Program-made: the position numbers and the translations under genes | Shown here: positions 36,046 through 46,364 of the stretch, piece after piece | How the letters are laid out: every line of letters begins with the position of its first letter | Position numbering within the stretch: the stretch's first letter is position 1 | The notes under the pieces: model-generated | Databases searched by the model: none | What the model saw: the letters and a program-made list of their open reading frames with translations, nothing else | What the model was told of the DNA's origin: nothing | From: Minutocellus sp. GHC0000111 | Lineage: Eukaryota | Assembly (NCBI GenBank): GCA_977018835.1 | Contig: OZ361256.1 | Span: 4,340,001-4,404,000, forward strand | Direction of reading: 5' to 3' | Length of the DNA stretch: 64,000 nt

Positions 36046-38073
36046 ATGGCACGCGATACGCTCGCTTCTTCCAACAGCAGCGACGACAGGATCGGCCCCG
36101 CCGCCCCCCACCGACGAGGAGGGGCCGCATCTCCCTCCCCTTCTTCCGGAAGCTGCGCCTCCTCCTCTGATACCACCAGCACCACCACGAGGAATATCGC
36201 CAGTACCACCGGCCCGCTCCACCTCCGCCGCACTCGGACCCGTCGTCGCAGCTCGTTGCTTCTCGCCACCACCGCGGCGATTGCTTGGGATTCCTCGTCG
36301 CGCGTTTCGGCGTACAACGCGGCCGTCCACTCCGTTCCCACACCCGCTGCACTGGCCGCAGCCCCCAGATTGTCCGCGCGAGATCTGCTCGAGACGGCGC
36401 TGAGCCTTCGAGAGAATCGTCGAAGATCTGCCGCCAACAGCGTCAACGTGCCCGACCTCGACCGGCTGTACTCCCAAATCTTCGGCCCCTCCTCCTCGAC
36501 CTCTGCCGCTGGAGGCAGCTCCACCTCCTCCGAAGGCATCTCCACCTCCTCGTCCTGGACCGAAACCCTCTTCGACGAGCCGGAATCCCTCCTCTCCAAC
36601 ACCATGGTCGACGTCGTGGGTTCCACCGCCCGGCAGATGGAGAGCCGCATTCGGGAGGAAAGGACCGATTTGGAAACTTTGAGGGCCAGCGTGTCCAGCG
36701 AGGTCGACGACGTCGCGGCGAGGTTGCAGGAGGAGGCGGCCGAAAGGCGCCGTCGCATGGCCGCTGTGGGCATGGCTGCTAGTGCATCTGCTAATATTAG
36801 TGCCGAGGCCGTCAATACCGCTACCGAGAGCACGTTGGTTCCGGCCAAGGCGGCCTTTGTAGTGGAAAATAACAAGAAGGTGGCCAACAACAAGAAGGTT
36901 ACAACCAAGGCCAAGAATGTGGCTTCACCTACCAAGCTCTCGTCGTCGCCCATCGCCGCTGCCTCCAAGCCGACCGCTGCCACCCGCAGATCCGCCCCCA
37001 CCGCCACAAGCAACGGCCGCAAGAAGAAGCGCAAGCCGCGGCAACCCCTCAGCCCCATCACCGAGCGACACGAGCGCATCACCGCCGAGGAAGAGTTGGA
37101 GTTGGCCCGGACCATCCAGCAGGGATCGGAATTGCACAACCTCAAGTCGACCTTTGAATCCGAGCACGGCCGGGACATCACCCGTCAGGAATGGACCGAC
37201 CTGGCCATGCATCATTCCAAACTCGATCTGCCCATATCCAACCAACGCGATCTGCGGAGGTTGGTGTCCAACTACCGGTCCGCCAAGAATCGCCTCGTCG
37301 CCAGCAACATGGGGCTGGTGTACGCCGTAGTGCGAAGCAAGCACGGCCATCGGCTGCGCGTGGCCGGCGTCAGCGAAGACGAGCTCGTTCAGGAGGGCAG
37401 CCTCGGCCTCATCCGTGCCGCGGAATTGTTCGATCCCGAGCGGGGTCTGCGCTTTTCCACCTACGCCACCGTATGGATCAAGGGGATGCTGTCCAACTGC
37501 CAGCTCGATCAGACCATTGCCCTGCCGGCCCGGGAAAAGACCAAATGGAACAAGATCCGCCGAGCCGCCGCCGATCTGGTCCTGGAGAAGGGGGTCGACG
37601 GTGGCAACTACGTCCATCCAACCAAGCCCAAGGTCGGCGACGTTGCCACCCGCACCGGTCTGGATGCCGCGGCCGTCGAACGGACCACCGCCAAGATGGC
37701 CCAGGTGTCCCAGGTCCTCAGCCTCGACTACCAGTACAAGACCGCGCGCCGGTCCGACATCGACCACCACTCCGGATTCGAGCACGACCGCGCCTTCCAG
37801 GTCGACGCCGACCTGGCCGAAAGGCTCAACTTCAAGTCCGAAGTCATCGCCGCGCTGGCGCGCAACCTCAGCGAGGAGGAGGCCCAGCTCCTGCGGCTGC
37901 GGTACGGGCTCGATGCCGACGGCAGCGGCGAGGGCCGGAGTTTGGCGGAATGCGCCAAGAGGATGGGATGGAGCCGCGACAAGGCCCGGCTGTTGGCGAA
38001 CAAGTGCCTCAAGAAGTTGAGGGAGGCCGACGAGGCCGAGGCTTTGCAGGAGTACCTGCTGACGGTGGCGTAG
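36046..38073 (+). CDS. Nuclear-encoded plastid RNA polymerase sigma70 factor
   Basis: SNMGLV, ELVQEGSLGLIRAAELFDPERGLRFSTYATVWI (region 2) and LRLRYGL..RSLAECA (region 4). Targeting-like VSAYN. Confidence 0.92.
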   Translation: MARDTLASSNSSDDRIGPAAPHRRGGAASPSPSSGSCASSSDTTSTTTRNIASTTGPLHLRRTRTRRRSSLLLATTAAIAWDSSSRVSAYNAAVHSVPTPAALAAAPRLSARDLLETALSLRENRRRSAANSVNVPDLDRLYSQIFGPSSSTSAAGGSSTSSEGISTSSSWTETLFDEPESLLSNTMVDVVGSTARQMESRIREERTDLETLRASVSSEVDDVAARLQEEAAERRRRMAAVGMAASASANISAEAVNTATESTLVPAKAAFVVENNKKVANNKKVTTKAKNVASPTKLSSSPIAAASKPTAATRRSAPTATSNGRKKKRKPRQPLSPITERHERITAEEELELARTIQQGSELHNLKSTFESEHGRDITRQEWTDLAMHHSKLDLPISNQRDLRRLVSNYRSAKNRLVASNMGLVYAVVRSKHGHRLRVAGVSEDELVQEGSLGLIRAAELFDPERGLRFSTYATVWIKGMLSNCQLDQTIALPAREKTKWNKIRRAAADLVLEKGVDGGNYVHPTKPKVGDVATRTGLDAAAVERTTAKMAQVSQVLSLDYQYKTARRSDIDHHSGFEHDRAFQVDADLAERLNFKSEVIAALARNLSEEEAQLLRLRYGLDADGSGEGRSLAECAKRMGWSRDKARLLANKCLKKLREADEAEALQEYLLTVA

Positions 38074-38259
38074 GATGGGCCCATCTATCTGATTTTACAT
38101 CGATCGAAGGCTTGCAGCCACCTGCTTTTAGAATAGAACACATTGTACTATAAAGAATCGCTATGCTTCAATTAACTAATAGATGTTTGTTATCAGAGTA
38201 ATTTGTAATTGTAATTGTATGGATTCTTATCTTCTCGTCAAATCATCTTTGGTTTTATT

Positions 38260-39541
38260 TCACCCCAATTTCTTACCCTTCCTCTTCTTGAATGCAGCCA
38301 GGGACACATAATCATCCTCATCACTTTCCGAGAATAATTCATCGCTGCTTTTCCTTTTGATTTTCTTGGGCGTTAGAGCTGCCGATTTTAGCTGACCTAA
38401 TGACTCGCTATTGACAATGTCTCCCTTTCCGTGCTCGATCTCTTCAATCTTACGAATCCAACGACGAGCAGTACTAATATATGATTCAGTAATGTGCTGG
38501 TAATTGCAGTCCTCCCCTACGGCCCTTTCAAGCCAATGCTTGGCCTGCTGAAAATCCTTCGCTACGCCATGACGACCCTTGAAGTAATACTCGCCGAGAG
38601 AGTAGCATGCGTAATCTGAACCATCTTTTGCTGCGCATGCCAAACGGATGAGGCCACTCGGGACATTCCGAGGTGTCCCGGTACCACTGATGAGCCTATC
38701 GCCTATAACTGCCGTCGCCATGACACAGCCGGACTCAGATGCCATTTTATACCAATTGAAAGATGTGGTGTCATCGCGCTCAAGGCCGTGGCTTCCCTCG
38801 TGGTAGGAAACGCCAAGTTCGTACATGGCGTCTGCGTTGCCATCTCTGGCAAGATCCTTCCACGTTTTGACTTGGGCCTTATCACTCCACTCACGGGCCT
38901 TGATATAATCTACTGTCAACCCATTTGCACCATCGTTAAACCAATTGGCGAGGCTGCGCATGGCCTCTATGTTTCCTCCTTTGGCTCTCTTCTTGGCATC
39001 GTCCACATCCCTCTTCATTTTCATACGCTGCTTCCACGTTTCGGCAAGCTCACCACTATAGATTCCTGCAGTAATTCCGGTCTCAATGTTATTGAGAACG
39101 CATAGGGCAGGGACAATTTCTTTCGTCATTTTTCGTGTGGTACAAGGGGAAATGGTGGGTTTGCCTTGTCGTTTGATATAGTCCTCGATCTCCTTCCTCT
39201 CGTAAATCTTTCCCTGCGTTGTAAAAATGTATACAATTGGTCGAGAGATGCAAGAATGGTCGATTGGACTGTAAGATCGGCCATTGCACATAAATTCAGT
39301 GGCACCAAAGCGCCAAGAAAGCAAGGGTACTTACATCTGATGCGATCACCGGATCAATGGGAAGGTTGTGGCTGATAGGACAAACAAAATCTTCAGCCAT
39401 GCATTCACAATCTGAATGCTTTACACGCTTGAACACATTACCACCGGCGGCATCATCGTCCTTATCTTCAGCCAACGTCTCGATCTGCCTCTTGCTGTTT
39501 CCATCGGCATTAGTTTTGCTACTAGTATCTTCGTCACGCAT
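38260..39541 (-). CDS. U-box plus Sel1-repeat protein (copy 1); intron 39214-39334
   Basis: Spliced FVCPISHNLPIDPVIASD|GKIYER..SPCT U-box. Sel1 repeats (AMYELG..G, ACYSLG..Y..G). Confidence 0.88.
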
Positions 39542-39713
39542 AATTCTACAGAGGATTGATAGATAGCAACACGGTCTTCGTTGCTAATATACATTGACGA
39601 ATGTGAAGCGAGGCAAAGGAGAAGTGAAACAAAATGAAAGGTTGCGACTAATCGTTTCGTGAATTTTTTTCCACGATTCCAAATGTGCAATGTATCCGTT
39701 GAAGTCCTCATAG

Positions 39714-39909
39714 TGCTAAGAGGTCCTAAAGCTAAGCTAGATAGATATAGCTAGTAGAGGTTAATAGGACCTACGTAGATGAAAAATGGGCCATCGGAGA
39801 TGTCGTTGGCCCATGGATCAACGGTCAGGAGAGGGCACTGAGTCAGTGGTCTGATCACCGTACGTACCGTACGTATGTATACGTACGTACGTATCCCACG
39901 GTGTCAACA
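39714..39909 (-). repeat. 3' LTR
   Basis: Two mismatches relative to 45716-45911. Confidence 0.97.
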
Positions 39910-39959
39910 CACCCTCGCAGATCAATGACTAGTGCCATTGAATCTACATGTAGAGTCCT

Positions 39960-42900
39960 AATTGGAATCTACATGTAAGTAGACTGGTCGCATGTCGACA
40001 TGGTAGCGGGCGGGATGGTGCTTTGTAAAATAATCGGCCAAATTTTGCGCTCCTTTCCGCCAGCACACCTGGAATTGTCGTTGCTCTATGCGATCTTGGA
40101 CCCAGTGGAATCTCATGTCCATAGCCTAGACCGTCTTTGCTTGACGGTTTTATTGGCGATTCCAGATGCTGTAGAGTTGTCAACGACGATAGCAGTAGGG
40201 GGCTGCGGGTGACCCATTTCTTCTAGTGCTGCCCGGATTGGTGCTGCATCTTTCATGTTGAAAAATAATCCTCCCAATTCGGCTTCAGCGGCTGAGGACA
40301 TTACATGATGACATTGTTGGCATTGACGAGGATGGCTCCATTCATTGGTGGCATGGGATCACTTGAGTCAGGCTGGCGGTGCGGGTGCTTAGGTCGGGAG
40401 CTTAGGTAGAAGCACCCTCCGAGCTCGCTTCTTGATTTCGGGGCTGATAAGCAGGAGGCGTCGCTGTGCACATGTGGGATCATGTGTCTGACTTGACGCA
40501 TCGAATGACTGCGTCGGGATGGGTTGTAAGGTAATCTAGAAGCTTCTTGGCATCTTGTCGAGTGCGCTCGGTAGCTTTGGATTGTTCCGCTGAGATGCTA
40601 TTGAGCGCCGGTAAAATTGTTGAATCAATTGCTCGACCATAGCACAAGGAGCTGCCCACCACCTGTTGAATTTCGTTGATGCCTTTGGCGTCGAGTGGTG
40701 GTGAGTCGTCTTCCGGTTCTGGCAGCTGGGGTCCCGGGCCATACGTCGGACGATTCCATCGACATGGCGCATGCTCGGGCCGTGAGGGGCGGTCGTGTTG
40801 GAACTTGTGGCGCATCTCCTTGACGTAGTTAGGCATAGATAGATCCACCCATTTGGCCTCGTAGTTCCACTCGAGTTGAATACCACAATAAAGTCGGCCT
40901 TCCCAATCGGTAGTGATCTTATACTTGGAGTTGAGGGCCTGAATGAGATGGTCTGCATGCTCTTTCCCGACATACTTTACTCCAAAATCGTCAACGGTTA
41001 GGCAAAAGGTAATTGGGCGGGTTTTGTGCCTCCAAAGGCCGGCAGTGCGCTTGCAAGGGAAATAGCCATGGGGTTTGAGATGCTTGACAAGTTGATCGTA
41101 GGCTAGGCGCCCTGCCTGGGGTAATCCATGCATTCCGCCATCGATTCTGACCAATACTCGACCATTCTTTACTTTGTCGTGGAGGTCGTAGGCTTCCATG
41201 ACTTCGTCGGGGATGAGAGCTACTGGCGCCCACATCCATTCTGGCTCTGGCATGGTGCTATTGAGATAGAAGTCACTGATGTCAATTCCCATGAAACGAG
41301 CGTTGTCTGTAGAGATGACGCTGTTGAAAAGTAACTTTGCAGTCAACATTTCAGCGGTCGGGGTCGAGACTGTACCAGGGTAATGAATTTTGTCGCCTCC
41401 TGCAGTCCATCGAACTCGATTGGGATTTGGTTTATGGGAGCGATAGTCGGCGACAATGCGGAGGTATGTGGCTTTTCCCCCCCGAGGCAGTTCGGACCAG
41501 TGGACGAAAGCCATTGTATTGGAGGGAATGCTAGCACTGTTTCCAACTCGGCCGTCCGTTAGCCGTCCAATTTCATCGATGTTTGCTTGAATGAATTGGT
41601 TCCTCATGTTCGTTTTGAGGAGGTCGCGGTATTCAAGCATTGCACCAGTATCGGGATGGACGACGGCGTTAGCAAAGTGTTGGAGGTTTGGTAAAGGCGA
41701 GAAAGCTGCCATGTTGGCCACGTGGTGGGCACTACGACGAGATGATGGCCGTGGGGGAGGGTTCCGATGTGGAATGTGCCCTCGCTGACGGCATGATCGT
41801 CGTCGAGGTGGTTTGGCGGTCGATGGTTTGGACTTGCTTGTCGATTTTGCTGGAGCTGGTAATGTTGGAGTGGTATCGATCGTTGGAGACTTGCGTTTAC
41901 GTTGCCGACGGGAGGTGGGGGCATTGGAACTTTGATTGGATGTTACGACGGTTGCATCGTCGTCATGATTATCATCATCGTCGCCGTTGGGCTCGTCTAC
42001 TGCAGCCAAAGGATTGTAGTAGTTGGAAGAAACTGACGAGCGAGGTGGCGCGTTGGATCGACGTGATCGACGGCTTTTAGTGGTGGCTGCATCACATGTG
42101 GAGGATTTTGCCACCCTCGGAGGTTGCTGGGGCTGAGGTAACGGAGCGTTGGGGTTGGAGACAAGGTGACGGCCTACTTCAGTCTCGTTCATCTCTTCTA
42201 CGTCGTCGTCCTCGTATTTGATTTTGTAGTACTTATACTTCTTGTCAAATGCAACGACTCTACCCTTGTAATTGCGATCTCCAAACACTTTGGCGACGAT
42301 GGTACCGAGGCGGAATCGTTGGGAGTCGTCATCGTTCTCCAGCACCCTCGGAGCTGCGGTTGTCTGCATCGTCTCATCAGAGGCGGAGGTGGCAGATTCT
42401 GCTGGGGTCACGCTGTTGAAAATCTCGGAGAGCTTTTCTAAAGCTTGACGATGCTCGTCTCGAAGGGGAGCAAGGGGTGCCGCTGGATGTGGATTCTGTA
42501 GAGCGTGCAGGAGTTCATGAGCTGCGACTATTGCTGCATCGGCCGACGACGTTTTGGGTACCGGAATCATTTTGGGGAGCCAGACGAGTGTGTTACCAGT
42601 GCGTTCCGCCCGAGTTTCCTCAATCCAAACCTTGTAACACCGGTAGTGTTCCATGGCTGGACCGACATAGTACCCATCAACGCCATGCGGGGACCAAGAG
42701 CCGCGTGCCGAGGGCATCTCGTGAAAGATGACCTTGCATCCGAGGGGGCCGAGAGGCGTGCGATTGAAATCAAAGCCGCCATTGAGTTGCTCGTACGCTG
42801 ATAGTCGAGGGTTGACTCGGGATGCTCTCAGGAAATTGAGGGTCATTACCGCCTGCTCCAGCAATTTATCCCACAAGATGAGGGGAAAGTCGGGATCGGC

Positions 42901-44138
42901 ACCACAGAGAACCGCAATGAAATGATTCTTAAGGTTCGAATGGCTCGTTCGGCCGCATTTCGGCGGTGGGAGTGCGTTGGGGTCAATTGAAAATCTACAT
43001 CCTTTTCTTCCATGAACTCCTTCAGCTCACGACTCACTTCATTATCCAATCGTTGCAATTTTGGGCGAAATCCTCGCTTGGAGAGGTATTCGAAAATAGT
43101 TTGGTACGCTCGGCGCATTTCCGTTCCCGATCGGCTTTTCATTGGTTCGGCCAAGATGCTGTTGGAGTCATAGTCATAGACGACCATTATGTACTGGTGG
43201 CCAGAAACAGACGATACCAAGAAACGGCCGGGCTGATCCGAGAAGATCTGGCCCGTTATGTCATGACAATCAGCAAAGACATAGTTGGTGCGCTGTTGGT
43301 GTTAAGCCGGGTGGAGATCCTGCTCGGTTTCGTCCACCCCAGGGAGAGATTTTGGCGTAGCCATCGACCGTTTGGGCTTGGTCGACCTGATGTTCTTGCG
43401 CTGCTGGTCTAAGTGACCTTTAATCATCGGTGTCGACTGTGGCATGTGCTTACGTACAAGCTTTGATGTGAGGCCTGGCCAAGATCTATAAAATCCCGCA
43501 TCGATTGCTTTGCACCAGGTAGATAGCTGAGGACTGCCAGCGCACCAATGTAAAAAGGCTACACGTTCCGGAACCGTCTCCTGGGCAATTGCGGCGTTGG
43601 CAGCATATTGGATGACGTTGGGGCCGGGGAGCGGCGACATGGTGGGCGAGCAATTAAGATCTACCATCCACAATTTCGTTGAGGGGTCTCGTTTACCTTG
43701 CAAAATGACGGCATTGTCCTTGGCGATGACTACCGAATCCTTATCGAAAGTGGCAATGCATCCATCGTCACACAGCTGCCCAATCGATAGGAGCGATGAT
43801 GCCATATTATTGAAAACATAGGCCTTGCTAGCCGATGGGGAAACCCCAGGGAGGCGAAGCGTGGCCTCGTGGGTGTTCGTCATTGTGCTATTATCCGGAA
43901 GGGTGACGCTGATAGGAATTGCTGTCTGTTGGACGTTGAAAATAGGGCCATCGTACGATAGGTGTTGGGGCTTCTGGACAAAATGTCCCGTCGTTCCAGC
44001 ATCTGCTGCGAGGACGATTGGCTCTTGAGTTGGAGGTTTGCTTTTTGACGTAAGAAAAGCTAACGAAGGCGGGGAGGAGGTGGATTCAGATATGCTATCC
44101 TCTATTTTATGCTGATTAATATCCACCGTCCCTCCCGC
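39960..44138 (-). pseudogene. Retrotransposon pol (protease, integrase, Tudor-like, RT, RNase H), several frameshifts
   Basis: DAGTTGHF; LDNE and HRRNAAERAI; DISDFYL, GMHGLPQAG and VDDFGVKY; HSDAS, SSAAEAE and ADYFTK. Confidence 0.92.
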
Positions 44139-45419
44139 TCAGTTACGACGCGAGCTACCACCGCAAGGATTGTACTTGGTGGCGTTATCAACGTGGTTGG
44201 GCCCTTTGCAAGTGCATTCAAAGCTGGGGTGGTTGGACGAATAGCCGCACGTGTGGCAATAATGGCCTCTGGGGAGGATCGACTGCAGTTCCCGCTTCTC
44301 CTGGCGGTTGAGGTTAGGACCTTGGCCTGGGAAGTGGCCGGCGCCGTTCTGCTGGCCACCGCCGCGGTAGCCTCCACTGCCACCAGCATGGTTGCGTCCC
44401 TCACGCAGAACGCGGTTCTCGGCCTTGAGTGAAGCTATTTCTTGGCGAAGTTTGGCAATGGTGTCATCCTTCTCGTTGCTCTTTTTGGCGAGGTTCGCCA
44501 TCATGGCTTGGTTGGTCTTGAGGGCTTCGGTGGTGTCAGCCAAAAGGAGATCGGCTCGAGAAAGAAATGGATCGTCCGAGGCCGATGAGGCTAAATTCGC
44601 GCCATGACATCCTGCCGCTTCGGTGGTGGCATTGGCCATCTTCTTATCATGCCAATCGCGGAAGTCCGACTGCATGTTGGCCCACGTGCGTTCGGCCTCC
44701 GGTCTGTCGTCCCAGTCCTCGCATGCCTTCTTTGCCAATGAGAACCTGCGCACGGAGCGGTAGAACTTGGAGACCTTTTGCTTGTTGGTGAAGGGTTCGC
44801 CGGCCGTTTCAAACGCCTTGAAGACTTTGTTGAACATGGCGATGTGGGTGTCGATGGGTCCCCCGTCGCACTGCTTCTCGAGCTGCTTCTCTAATTCCTC
44901 CTTCTGAGTCTCGTTGAATTTCAAGTAGCGATCGGCAATGCTGTCGATGATTTGGCGGATGGTGACTGGCTGGAAACCGAGCATGTCATCTTCGAGATGA
45001 TTGATGTAGACGGCGTCGATCGAGTCGAGGAGGAGATTCTTGAGCGCCGTGTTGACTTGCTCGTGCAAGTTGCAGTGGCCCTTTTCGATGCAATGTCCCC
45101 GGATTGCACGATCGCGTTGGTCTAGATTGGCCACGGCGGGAATGGTGGGGCTGGGGCCAAGATTTGCCGGAGGCACATGTGGTCGGCCGTCACTTTTGGT
45201 GGTGTGTTCGGCATCGCTGACGACGAGGCCCAAATGGCCGAGGTTGTGGTCATTGCACCCTGCTGGAATGCTGGCCGCCGCTTGTTGAAGCTCCTTGAGC
45301 GCTTTGGCAACACGCTCGCGTTGGGGAGGTTGTCCTGGGTCATTCATGCGTGTGATTAACTTGGTGGGGAGAATCGGCGCTGCGCCGAGAGGTTGGCCAA
45401 AAACTGCGTCGGGATTCAT
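44139..45419 (-). CDS. Retrotransposon gag
   Basis: LGHLGLV, ERTWANMQSDF and zinc-knuckle-like HYCHTCG..H.S.EC. Confidence 0.88.
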   Translation of the reverse strand: MNPDAVFGQPLGAAPILPTKLITRMNDPGQPPQRERVAKALKELQQAAASIPAGCNDHNLGHLGLVVSDAEHTTKSDGRPHVPPANLGPSPTIPAVANLDQRDRAIRGHCIEKGHCNLHEQVNTALKNLLLDSIDAVYINHLEDDMLGFQPVTIRQIIDSIADRYLKFNETQKEELEKQLEKQCDGGPIDTHIAMFNKVFKAFETAGEPFTNKQKVSKFYRSVRRFSLAKKACEDWDDRPEAERTWANMQSDFRDWHDKKMANATTEAAGCHGANLASSASDDPFLSRADLLLADTTEALKTNQAMMANLAKKSNEKDDTIAKLRQEIASLKAENRVLREGRNHAGGSGGYRGGGQQNGAGHFPGQGPNLNRQEKRELQSILPRGHYCHTCGYSSNHPSFECTCKGPNHVDNATKYNPCGGSSRRN

Positions 45420-45715
45420 GCTGGTGTTTCAGTCAGCGAAGACAGGCAGCACGGCGGTGTTGCTGCGAGACGTGTGATCGACAGAAGGTTCGATCCAGAG
45501 AAGTGTGATCGATTGGATGGGTCGATCTGGTCAGGACTTTCGGGGAAGGGATTGGATCGTCGTTCCAATATTGTCGAAAGAAACGGTCGTTTTGGCCGAT
45601 TGAAGATGTGTCGGTTTTTCTTGCGTGACGAGTGAGAACCAACCCAAGAGACAAACCGGTGAGGTGCGAACCGAAATGGGGCGAGCACGGGTGGAAAAGA
45701 TGTATCACGTAGGTC

Positions 45716-45911
45716 TGCTAAGAGGTCCTAAAGCTAAGCTAGATAGATATAGCTAGTAGAGGTTAATAGGACCTACGTAGATGAAAAATGGGCCATCGGA
45801 GATGACGTTGGCCCATGGATCAACGGTCAGGAGAGGGCACTGAGTCAGTGGTCTGATCACCGTACGTACCGTACGTATGTATACGTACGTACGTATCCCA
45901 CGGTATCAACA
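45716..45911 (-). repeat. 5' LTR
   Basis: Two mismatches relative to 39714-39909. Confidence 0.97.
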
Positions 45912-46099
45912 CATAGACTTCTTATGACCGTCGTGGAATTATTCCACGAAAAAAAATCAGAGACTGCCAATTCCGAAAAATTGCATCAGCTACCTGCATA
46001 CCCTAAAGACACCGCGTTTAAACGATAGAAAGCCATTGGGCCCGTTACTCGTGAAGCTATGTATGAATGCATTGAAAGATAGGCTAGCTTTCCCGAGGT

Positions 46100-46270
46100 C
46101 TAGTATCTTCGTCACTCATAATTTCACCAATGATTGATGGATAGCAATAAGGTTGCTTTGCTAATATGCATTGAAAGGCATGAAGTTCAGATGAGGCAAA
46201 TGAGTTCAAGCAACTTGACTTGGTAGCGAGAATGCAAACCTTTCAGCGCGATTTTTCATTTCACAATTCG
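46100..46270 (-). pseudogene. Relic of the 5' end/promoter of another U-box/Sel1 copy
   Basis: ctagtatcttcgtcac.cata..gattgat.gatagcaa..ttgctaatat.cattga resembles 39522-39670. Confidence 0.6.
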
Positions 46271-46364
46271 GCAAAAAGTAAGCGTCTATTTTTATGTGAA
46301 CGTCAAAGGAGAGAAGCATATACATAGGTATCTAGATGCTGGAAACTCCGCATTCAAGATGCTA

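Larger units (their letters stand above)
39714..45911 (-). mobile_element. Full-length Ty1/copia (CoDi-like) LTR retrotransposon, degenerate
   Basis: 196-bp TG..CA LTRs. CATAG TSD at 39709-39713 and 45912-45916. Domain order gag-PR-IN-RT-RH. Purine-rich PPT (gcgagggtg) before the 3' LTR. Confidence 0.97.

Noticed and set aside
36046..38073. Sigma70 as bacterial contamination or recent HGT
   Set aside because: Long targeting-like N-terminal extension and eukaryotic neighbours; nuclear-encoded plastid sigma factors are expected in algae.
36039..38153. Long overlapping ORFs around the sigma factor
   Set aside because: Alternative-frame and antisense shadows of high-GC coding sequence.
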